This document shows, piece by piece, positions 34,301 to 45,349 of a stretch of DNA of 64,000 nucleotides (within the stretch, counting starts at the first letter, position 1; every line of letters starts with the position of its first letter). The position numbers and the translations under genes were made by a program. The stretch is taken from positions 5,270,001 to 5,334,000 of the forward strand of contig OZ176057.1 of the NCBI GenBank assembly GCA_964247055.1. Direction: 5' to 3'. The stretch comes from Paragordius varius. Its lineage: Eukaryota > Animalia > Nematomorpha. Below the pieces are notes generated by a model that worked only from the letters and a program-made list of their open reading frames with translations, did no database searches and was not told the DNA's origin.

Positions 34301-36030
34301 CACTGTTAATAATATCCTTCTTATTTTGACTTATTTGGGCAAAATTTTCGCCACTCTTTTTATCTAATAAAGCGATTTAACTTTTTGTTAATATTGTCAA
34401 CGAGAACAAATATTTTATGTTAAAATAATAGAGTGAATTCTTGTAAAAGATATTATTAAATTAAACTATATCCAAAATATTAGAATTAATTTAACAAAAC
34501 AAAAGAAAATAATTATAATAAGATACATTGAAAAAGATACCATGTATCGAAAATTTTGGATATAGTTTAATTTAATATCTTTTACAAGAATTCTCAAATT
34601 ATTATTTTATTAAACTTTTTGAGTTTGAGTTTGATTCAGATTCGGTGGAGAAACCGACAGTTATTTGATGTTGGGGCGAGCCAATACATTTTAGCGGAGT
34701 GCAAAATTCATACATACGGAGTTGAAGTGATTTATGAAGTGCCATATATAACACATTGGGAAGACACGTCCTAAGTCCACCATTGTAGGACAAGGTTGAG
34801 GAATGTGGTGATTTTTTCAACGATCTTATATCATGGCGATTAGTATCTTGGCTAACATTCAAATTTAGGTTAAATATGTTGTTTGCCATGATATTATTAG
34901 TGTTGCTGTAATTTAGGGTGTTTGGAGGACCTGTTTGATTTTCATTTTCTAAGGGTATTTTTAATAAATTAAAATTATTTATATATATATCTAACGACAA
35001 AACAAAAAAAGTATACAGATTAATATATTTTGGTGTAAAGAAATTTATAAATTCAAGGATTTTTTTTCTATATAACACAATTACAAAAAACTATGTTTCC
35101 CAATTTACAATGTCTATTCTAATTTCAAAACCTAATACAAAATTTTAGATTTTTAAGGGAATCAACGTTACAAAAATATTTGTATTATAAATAATAATGG
35201 TTTTATGTGCTTTGCCTTTATTGAATATTTCAATTTTTATACTTCTGATGGTAACAAATAGATAAAATTTAATATTAAATTTAACATAAAATTTTATAAT
35301 CTTTTTTCCATCATATTTTAGTAAATATCAATGCAATTTTAAAAAAAAAATTAAAAGATGGTCAATAATAAATTTAACATACAGAAAAAATATACGAATA
35401 AAACGTAAAAATATAAAAAATATTTTTTAAAGACAGCCATTTTAAAACCTTAATTTTTCTCACATATAAGTTAGGGTTGGAATTATTTAGGCTTATGATG
35501 GGATTTACATTGTTTTTGATGTTTGTTATATCATAGATTCGTATATATTTGTAACATATATAGAAATTATTTGAAATGTGGAGAATATTAAAATTTTTAT
35601 AATCAAACAAATAAAATATAATTGTTTCATTTAATTTATTTAAAAGTTGCAAAAAGCCACTTTAAATCCATGTTTAAACAAAATATATTTAAAGCAATTA
35701 CCTAAAGCAGCCAGATATATTTCGTCTGCCGAAAAAGAAATATTGTTAACTTGCTAAATAATTCAGATTATTAATTATAAATATATATTTAAAGAAAAAT
35801 ATAAATTTTATGATATTACTGATTCAGGATGCTGTAATGTGCAAAAGGATAAATTCGCCGATTTTTAATAATCTCATTGAATAATCATAGCCAGTCGTAG
35901 CAAAAAATTTTACCATTTCAGTATCAGTATAAATATTGCGAATTTTTTCCACATATTTCATATGAGATACGATAACCGCTGAGAATACTGCTGAGCAAGA
36001 TATAACAAGGCTTAATTTCCAAATTTTCAT
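31372..36030 (-). pseudogene. LST8: LST8-like WD40 paralogue, copy 2 (disrupted)
   Basis: Same exon set as copy 1. Core ATG at 35916, upstream in-frame ATG at 36030. A 5-nt deletion in exon 1 shifts the frame to TGA at 35824-35826, there is an extra TAA near 34378, and half of exon 3 is missing. Confidence 0.85.
32288..32555. mobile_element. MITE family A copy inside an LST8 intron (empty site for the hAT MITE)
   Basis: TATACCATTTAGACTTCAAATT...AATTGTAAATGGTATA with a single ATATATTT after GCCATAAAG. The paralogous copy lies at 58470-58734. Confidence 0.7.
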
Positions 36031-36589
36031 GGGTTTTTTTAAAACAAAAAACAGGTAAAATTTTTATTCAGCTTCTTATAATGTTTTATAAAAATCAAAG
36101 TTTCAAAGGTAATAAGGTTAAGTGTTACTTTTTAGTTTTAATTGAGGTTGTTCCAAAGGATTCATTAAATTAAAAAAATCCAAAAATTTTCATAATTGTG
36201 ATTGCGTCCACTTACACAAATAACCAATCTACAATATAGTTTATATTTGTATTAAATCAAGAACAAAATTTTATTTTATTTGGTATTTCTTAATAAATCA
36301 AAGTTTCAATTTAATAATTGGTAAATGAGGTTCGTATAAAGGAATTATTAAATTAAAAAAGGAAAAATTTTCATAATTGTGATTGCGTCGATTTACAAAA
36401 ATACAATCTACAAGATGTTTTATATTTTTTGGAGTGTAAAGTTTAAAAATGATATAAATTTAAATTTTATGTTGTATATATGTTAGTAACACTATAGAAA
36501 GGCAATATTTTTACATTTCGTTTAAGATTTACTATATTATAATATTTCTTATTTCTAAAGAGTCAGACCGCAGTTTTTTTATTTTTTAC

Positions 36590-37330
36590 GGTCAACACCT
36601 AACCCAACCTTATATATCTACATATGTAAAGCATACCAGTAATGAGATTGAAAGCATCATGAGATAGTAATGTTCTCATATAATTATCAGATTTTTGAGC
36701 AGCTACGTTGTTTGCAATACTTGAATTATTTATTAAATGGTTATTTCTTTGTTTCGATAAATTCTCCATGCCGTTATCTCCGATATTCGACGGTGTGTTT
36801 TCAGTTTTTATACATTTGCAGGCTAATCGAAGCCCTAAAAGAACTGCAGGATCAAATTGTGTGAAACAAAGCCATTGTCTTAATCTTAATCGCGTGGAAA
36901 AAATGTCAGTTAACATTGAATGTCGTATGGAAAAACTTTGCGAGGGTCAACGCTGATTTTAAAACGTCATTCCTTAAATGACTAGGTATTGATATTTGTT
37001 GTGTTGTTTTAGCTAAGAAAGGTGTATCATCACCAATTATGTACATAGCTTTTATGAAAAACTTTCCGTGTTTCTTAGTATTTAGTTGTGTAGATTCTTT
37101 ACCAATATCTTCCTGCATCAATTCACATGCGATAGAGGGGATACTTTGCGTGAATCTCAAGGGATAATGGAATGTATTTGTTGATTTAACCGGTTTTTGA
37201 TTATAAGTTTCATTTATATCATCCAATATTGGCCGTTTTTCATCGGTTGACAAAAAATCCTCAGTCGACGTGCTACTATAATGCGTGTAATGATCAAAAA
37301 ATTGAATTTTTGCTGTTTCGTAGATCAGCC
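36590..37330 (-). pseudogene. Unidentified coding exon(s) 'gene X' upstream of LST8 copy 2, with one apparent frameshift
   Basis: Two overlapping long ORFs (36906-37400, 36599-36916) have protein-like composition and elevated GC. A possible donor GTATGC lies near 36630. The 3' part is repeated at 63715-64000 and the 5' part at 38790-39110. Confidence 0.55.
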
Positions 37331-37810
37331 TGTTGTGGATGATAAGGTGAATACAGGTTATTTGTCCGTGTATCTTGTATTTTACTTGGCAACGTAGCAA
37401 ATTATCCTATAAAAATTATTTAATTTAAATAGTAAAATTATATTTATTTGTGTGATACCACAATTAACATCACACTATTTTATACGTTGTTGCAGTTTAA
37501 AACAATGATGAGTTAATTTTAACATTATCAAAAATTTAAAGAGTATATGGTTTTCTTTTACCAAAAAAAATATAAGTTTAATTTACATGTGTCCGTATAA
37601 TTTCTTTTACAACTGAATATAGACACATAATAACGAAAATTTTATAAAAAAAAGATGGGCCAATTTTTTCACAAAACATATATCTCAAATAAATTTAAAA
37701 AAATTAAACTTGACATAACAGACTTAGTAGCATATTTCTCGCCATTCAAGTGCTTTTTTGTTAAAACAGCCCCATAAGTGTGATGATGTATATCTGAATT
37801 ATTAAAATAG

Positions 37811-38131
37811 CTATCTGTCGGATATTTTTTGTTTGTTGAGAAAATGATTTTCCGTACGACTATGGATTCGTGATTGATTAATAGTTTGAAGTCTTGGATC
37901 TAAGGGCGGTAGTTTATGGTCTAATGATTGTTGCATTTTTTCATTGGGATATCGTTCTTGGAAAAATTGATCAGATTTTTGGCTCTTTTGATTAGATCGT
38001 CGCCCCTGTTTTTGACTGGCTGGCTGATGTGGCTTTATTATATCTTTTAAAAGAAAGAAGAACCTTTTACGAATTATAAATTGGCGTGTGCAGAATGAGA
38101 GGAGTGGTATTGAGAATTTCAGGGTGTACAT
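37811..38131 (-). CDS. Hypothetical 106-aa Gln/Lys/Ser-rich protein
   Basis: ATG at 38131 opens a GC-richer reading frame (MYTLKFSIPLLSFC...QKQGRRSNQKSQ...). No recognisable domain. Confidence 0.35.
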   Translation of the reverse strand: MYTLKFSIPLLSFCTRQFIIRKRFFFLLKDIIKPHQPASQKQGRRSNQKSQKSDQFFQERYPNEKMQQSLDHKLPPLDPRLQTINQSRIHSRTENHFLNKQKISDR

Positions 38132-38789
38132 ATAAAGGACAAAACACAAAAACGAAAGTATAGAATGACATAGGAAACGTTACAGAAAATATAATTAACA
38201 TTCATGAATACTATTTATCTCTAATAATCATGTATAATTGTGTTTGTTTAGTCTTTTTATATTGTTTTATTTAAACTCTCCATATTCTATAATTTATATA
38301 TTTCATATGTTAAAAAGTTGTCATAACAATATAAAAATAATTATGACAATAACGCGTACGAAACAGAAAATCCGCTTTAACACAAAAGACACAAAACATT
38401 TATCCATAAAAATCATTTTCTAAATGAGTTATGAAAAAAATTATCTTAAACTATTTAACTTATGATGAATCTAATTCAATTTAGGATATATATAAAGCTA
38501 CCAATACTTGATAATCAGTAGTAATTTTAAAAAAGGTAAAGAAGGAATACAAAGGAGATTCAGTAAGAATCCGGGAATGGTTTATTGATACAAATAATTT
38601 AAAAAAAACAGAATCAATTTTTTTTATTTCTCAAAAAAATGTAAATTAAGGAGTTTTTTAAATCAAAATAATTTTGTTAAAAGTATAACTAAAATTATAA
38701 TAAAAGACATGCATCTAAATATTTCATATATAACAAATATTTATCTTACCAATAAATTTTGGAATATATATATATATATATAATATAAA

Positions 38790-39110
38790 TGTTGATTACT
38801 TACCGTGTTTTATGTATATTGTTGGGTAGATTCTTTACCAATATCTTTCTGCATCAATTCACATGCAATAGAGGGGATACTTTGCGTTGATCTCAAGGGA
38901 TAATTGAATGTATTTGTTGTTTGAACCAGTTTACGGGTTGATTAAAAGTTTCATTGTACATATTATAAGATATTGGCCGTTCATCTGACAAAAAATCTTC
39001 AGTCGGGGTACTATAATGTGTGTAATGATCAAAAAATTTAAATTTTTCTGGTTGTTCGTCAATATAACTTTCTTGATTACATTGTGCCATGCTGTTCACT
39101 TCCAAATCAA
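38790..39110 (-). pseudogene. Partial diverged duplicate of the gene X exon
   Basis: FFDHYTHYSTPTEDFLSDERP and, after a frameshift, TQSIPSIACELMQKDIGKESTQ match 37080-37310. Confidence 0.7.
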
Positions 39111-40145
39111 GGCAAAATACTAAATAAACTTTAGAAAACTACCTAAATTTTGCCCTTGACATAAGATATCCATTTTAAAATAATTAAAACCTCGTCTCAA
39201 ATATTTATCTGACATAAGTGAATATGTGAGTTTCATGTGCAAGCTTTTCACCTGGATAAGTTGATAATTTTTTTAAATTATATTCCGATTGCTAAAAATA
39301 TAAAACAATAATTGCATATAAGTTTTCCATTTAAATATATTTTTATATATTAAAAGGCAAATTCGGGTTTTTTACCATTTATACGATTTTCAAATGTTTT
39401 TGTAATATTGCGTCCAAATTATTATAGTAATTTTTTTTGAAATAGTAGGTTATCTTCAACTTGTTATAAGCATTTGCAAAGTCACTTAAATTTAAATATA
39501 TTGAGCAAAATCTTATAGTTTAGTGTATATATATTACATTAAAATTTGCTTCCAAATTTTATATCATAGTAAAAGCACATAAATTAAAAAATGCAAGTTG
39601 TTATTATATTTTATAAAGATGGAAAATATAATTTTGTTAGTAAAATTATTGTTTGATACAAAGATTTTATTTTCCGTAATCTATACAATAATTAGTATAA
39701 AATTTTGATATGGCAACTTTATTTCAATTTAGTAATATGCATGAAAATATTTTAACTGATATATTAATTGATTTAAATATCTGCTATTAAGCTTAAACTT
39801 GACCAAATATTTATGGGAAAAATTCGCGAGGACCGTAGCCAAATAATTACAGCAAATCAAAAATAGCAATGTTATCAACTGCCAAATATTTAACATTAGG
39901 GTGCAATTTTTAAAAGAGCTTAAACTTTATTAAACAATATTATATCCAATTCTCTTTAACTTATTTAATAAACTTGCAAAATTGCATCACCATATCCTTA
40001 AAGACTAATATTTTGTCTCGCAACTCTCTTATGTCTCTGCTATATTTTTTAAAAATACAAAAATATACTTTTTATATTGGTCTGAAGGCATATATAAATT
40101 TTTATAAACATTTTTTAAATTCTATTGCTTGAATATATTTGAATG

Positions 40146-42262
40146 AAATGCGTGGGTCTCGGCCTGCTTCGCAGCCCGAGGAAGTCCTGCGGACTTCTTT
40201 AAGAAAATGAACCAACTCCAATCCCTCACCCTAACCCTAGCCCAAACTCGAAATCCTTAATGTACTTTACCCGCGTTTGAAAAATAAAAATTTTGTTTAA
40301 TCAAAAACCTTTTATCTATACAAAGGATATATTGGGTAAATTCTTTACACATAATAAATTGATAGTTATAATAAATTAATTTACCAATTAATAAATTTAA
40401 GTTATACGTTAAAATATATCCATTCCTAAATTATATTTTATTAAAATTACTCATATTGTTGTCAAAATAAATATACCTTGAAAATTTAGCATTTTGTTAC
40501 ATATGAAAACTGGAAATTAACATTGAACATAACTCATTATAATTTTACACCTTGAATTTTAACTTATAGTATTTAGCTTTTTGACATTTATAATTTATAT
40601 TTCTCCCTATACATAAATAATTTAGTAATATTTATAAACGGATTTCTACTTTTAAACCATAAGTGGTCTGGTTTGGAACAAACATCCTCATTTCAAAAAA
40701 TAAATTTTACCAATAAATCAAAATAAAAAATTACCCTTATATGTAATATAAACATTTTTAAATTTAAGAACTAATCAAAAAAAGCAGATATTAATATTGA
40801 AATAGCAGGTTAAGTATTAAGCAAAATTCGGTCCTAAAAAATATATAATAATTTATTTCTTACAGCTAGAAAACTGTTTTATCCATAGCTCTTTTTTACT
40901 TAAACTAACTCAGATCTCTTGGTAATAATAAATTAAGACTTTTTCCTAACTACTATTATCAAACACATTTTGCTTAAGTTAAGTTCAAAATTCTTCGTGA
41001 GATAAGTCTTATTTAACATAAATATACTATTAAATATATATATAGTTTGGTTATGAACTACTAGCATTTTTTTATAAATATATATAGGAAACTTATATTT
41101 TAATTATTACAAAACCAATAATTTTAAAACGAAATGCGTGGGTCTCGGTCTGCTTCGCAGCCCGAGGAAGTCCTGCGGACTTCTTTAAGAAAATGAACCA
41201 ACTCCAATCCATCACCCTAACCCTAGCCCACAAACTCGAAATCCTTAAAGTAGTTTAACCGCGTTCGAAAAATTAAAATTTTCTTTAATCAAAAATTATT
41301 TTTGTTTAAAGGATATATTAGGTAAATTTTATACATATAGTAAATTGATAGTTAAAATAAAAATTAAAATCAGTTACCGAAAAATAATTATAAATTTGAC
41401 GCTAAAACATATCCTTACCTAATTTATATTTAATTTCAAAAATTAACCTTATTGTTTTCAATAAAAACTATGCCATAAAAATTTAGCATTTCACATAAAT
41501 GCTTTTTAAACTGCAAATTAACATTGAAAATAATTTATTATAAGTTTTAACCTTGATTAGATATTATAACTTATAGTTTTGCGATAGTTTATTATTCAGA
41601 ATTCATATTTCTCCCTCAAAACAATTTTAATTTACAAATATTTTAAAAATAATATATGCTGCATATTTATAATATAATGTACATAGTTATTAGTAATATT
41701 TATAAATGAATTTCAACTTTTAAACCATAAGTGGTCTGGTTTGGAACAAATCCTTATTTCAAAAAATAAATTTTTTAATTAAGTATCAAAATAAATTAAA
41801 TATTTTTAAATATGAGAATGAATCAAATAAAAAAGATAAAATTAATATTGAATTAGCAGGAAATATTAAGCAATCGGTACTAAAAAATATATAATATAAT
41901 ATTTCTTAGAACTAGATAAATGTTTTATATATCCCTCTTTTTTACTGAAACAAACTCAGATCTATAACTTTTAGTCAAATAATTAACTCAAAATTATTCG
42001 TACTCCCGAACACATTTTGCTTGGGTTAAGATTAAAATTCTTCTTAAGACAAGTCTTATTTAACATAAATATACCATTAAATATGTATAGTTTAGTTATA
42101 AATTACCAACATTTTTTTCATAAATATAGATAAGGTACCTTCAAATTATAATTACAAAACCAATATATTTTAACAGGAAATGCATGGGTCTCGGTCTGCT
42201 TCGCGAAAATGAACCAACTCCAATCCCTGACCCTAACCCTGGCCCACAAACTTGAAAACCCT
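40146..42262 (+). repeat. ~1-kb tandem repeat (two full units plus a partial third), each unit headed by the hairpin/telomere-like repeat
   Basis: Repeat heads lie at 40146, 41132 and 42178. Shared internal blocks include AGTGGTCTGGTTTGGAACAAA at ~40660 and ~41730. A diverged unit lies at 15445-16350. Confidence 0.85.
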
Positions 42263-43759
42263 TATATAATTCTATCTGTGTATATTTAAATAATTGACAA
42301 CCATATAACCAAAATTTTAGTTCGGTTTTACAATTTTAGAGTATAATGATGAATGCTTATTGTTGAAAAAGTCTTCCAGATAAAAATATTAATTACCTTG
42401 TTTCAAAAACGATAGGAACTAATATTAATTCATGCTTGTTAATCATAAAACCATTCAATATTATCGCATTTTGCCCAACTCCTTTATTAAAATAGATGGA
42501 ATTAGTTTAAATTTAGTTTAGGTTTCATTAATTAATAATTGATAAATTTTCATAAATAACTGATTATTAAGTTACTTATTTCCATATAGTATAAAAACAT
42601 TTTTAACTCTTAAAGTATATGTCATAATATTTGATTAATTTTAATGATTTATTCATGAAAATAAAAGTCAACGTTTGGAATTAATCTTTTTAACAAGTAG
42701 TTAATGATTACTGGAATATACAAGAATCGATATTATATTAAATAAAAGTTAAATTAAATCTTAATATTTATAACTTATTTTGAGGAAAATTTAAACCTAG
42801 ATCGCTTGAAATCTTAATAGACCGAAATTGAAATAAACTAATTTCCTTATATATATTAAACCAAATGTTTAATAATCTAGAATTAGTTCTAGAGGTAATA
42901 ATTTTTTTAAATAATTAATAATTTGTTTGTTTTAGATATGCTAATAATCAGCCCATATTTGAAACATATTGCCAATTAAATTTAAAGTTTTAAAAATAAA
43001 ATTGCAGATATAGAAATATAATAATAATTAGCTACAATTTAATTAGAATTAATTATGTTCTAAATTATTTTTGAGATGTTTAGAATATCAAACTTATTAC
43101 GTAATAATTTATTAATTACAATAATTTAAAATATTTTTTAGATTAATAAAATTATTATTTAATACCTAATATATATAAAATTATTTAAGAATTATTTCAG
43201 ACAATTTAATTAGAAATAATTTTGTATTGTAAATTCATTTTGAATCTAAAACTTATTACGTAATAATTTAATAAACTACATATATATAGTTGATTTATTA
43301 ACAATATAGAATTAATTTTATTAATAATATATGTTAAAATTATTTGAGACAATCTAATTAAAATTAATTATTTTCTAAATTATTTTTGATATATTTTTAA
43401 TCTATAACTTATCATGTAATAAACATAATATAATCTAAAATATTTCCTAAATATATATAATTAAATTTATTTAATCCCTAATAAATATATATATATTTTT
43501 AAATTATTTAAATTATTTTAAACTTAAATTTCTTTTTTTACAAATTTATTAATTTATTTACTTGTTACTTTATTTTGTTTATTCCAATATTCCCTTAATC
43601 CTAAATACTAAGACATATGTATACTGAATGATACACATAAAAATATTTAACATTGTACATAATATTAAACATAAAAGGGGGGGATAAAATAAAATGTATG
43701 TGAAACAATGTTGCACAACACATAATAAACAAAAACAAGAGAAGGGAAATAAAGTGTAC

Positions 43760-43870
43760 GTGCGCGATTTTTCTAGAAGGGGGGAGAAAAGGCATGCAAA
43801 TGCGAACACATTGTTTAAGATGCACGTGTTCTTTCTTCCCCCCCCCCCCCCCCCCTACACATATATAAAG
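43760..43870 (+). promoter_or_regulatory. Probable Pol II promoter (unit 2), paralogue of 17790-17915
   Basis: Shares the AGAAGGGGGAGAAAAGGC block and GTGAAACA/AAACAATGTTGC motifs. It also has an ATGCAAAT octamer near 43794, a poly-C tract and TATATAAA at 43862-43869. Confidence 0.5.
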
Positions 43871-44394
43871 ACAAAAAATATTTTTAATTTTATTTTTTTA
43901 AATTCTTTTTTGCAAATTTACATTTGTTGGATAGAATGTATTCCAGTGCTTTTCCTCTTATGCAATTCAATGTACCAACATGGATGGATTATTTTATCAT
44001 TAAAGTAAAATTTAATTCTATTTAATTTTAGATTACACTCAATATGCAAATCAAACAGGAAATGGTGAAACCGATTATATTTTAAATGATTTCCGGTAAA
44101 TAAATTTGTTAATAATTATAGATTAAGATTAATTCAAAGTTTAAAGAACAATGTACAGTGAAAACATGTTGAGACTGATTGTGTAACCGAAATGGGAAAT
44201 TGAACTATTGCCATTTAGCCTAATTAATTCTGGTAAGTTTCGCATGTTTTGTCTATTTCATTTAAAATACTTTGTTAGATGGCATTAAAATATGTTCAGA
44301 GTAGAAGAACACTATTATTGATTGCCTTAAAAAGTTAAGAGATGTTTTTATATTTTCTTGCTTTTGCCCAAAAAATTGGTTATATCTTGGAAAT

Positions 44395-44900
44395 TTTTAA
44401 CAATGTCTCTAGATTTTATTAATTTACTCTACTTGTAAGAATAAATGGCTAATAATTGTTACATATTTCTACGAATTTTTTTAAATTTATTTTTTCGATA
44501 AAGGAAGTTAACCTAAAAAGGTTAACACATGTTACCATTTTTATTGAGGAGTTTTCTCGATTAATTATAATTTTTTTAATTTACTCTACTTGTACAAATA
44601 GATGGCTTATAATTTAACATAATTTTATTTTTCTTTTGGAAACTTAAATAATTTTGTCGATATAGGAAGTTAACCTAAAAAGGTGAACACATGTTACCAT
44701 TTATATTGAGTATTTTTTCTGGAAATTTTTAACAATGTCTAGATTTTTTTAATTTACTCTACTTGTAAGAATTAATGGCAATAATTATTACATATTTTTA
44801 GCAATTTTTAATCTTGTAAACTTTCAAATTTTATTATTTTTTGTTAAGGGAAGTTTAACTAAAAAGGTTAACACATGTTACCATTTATATTGAGGCGTAT
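44395..44900 (+). repeat. Three tandem ~165-180-bp units
   Basis: AATTTACTCTACTTGTA and GGAAGTTAACCTAAAAAGGTTAACACATGTTACCATTT each recur three times. Confidence 0.8.
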
Positions 44901-45349
44901 ATTATAGCAGCACTGCAAGTATCCACCTAAAGAAGAACCAAATAAATGTCTATTTATTACATTATTTATATTGAATTGGTGAATAGTTTTTTATTCTTGG
45001 AAATTGTTTCTGTTTTGTTTAATTTTGTTTCAGCGTGTTGAATAATAATTTTCTTTACCTAAGAAAATCAATTTATACTTGTTAAATATAAAATATTTTA
45101 GAAATGAATTTCTTTATTTAAAAAATCACCAGAATTAAAAAATTTTGAAAAAAAATAAATAAAAATTATTTGAAATGCTAAATCTTATGAAGTTGTTAAG
45201 AATGTTCAAAGGTGTTAATAAATTTCTAAAAACAATTCTCGAAAACTCTTGTAAACCCAATTTTTTACTCTAAAATGGCTCTAAAATTCTTTTAAAAATA
45301 AAAGAATGTTAAAAAGTATTAAAACTTCCTAATCTAATATCCCTAATAT

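Larger units (their letters stand above)
25641..36854 (+). repeat. Segmental duplication, copy matching 51861-64000
   Basis: Colinear near-identical sequence starts GCAAACATATGCCACCTTTT at both 25641 and 51861. The offset is ~26.2 kb, rising to ~27.1 kb after the 1-kb indel in the LST8 gene. Confidence 0.95.

Noticed and set aside
36906-37100. Resemblance of gene X to DIX or C9orf72/DENN domains
   Set aside because: Only a few scattered residues match by eye, which cannot be supported without a profile search.
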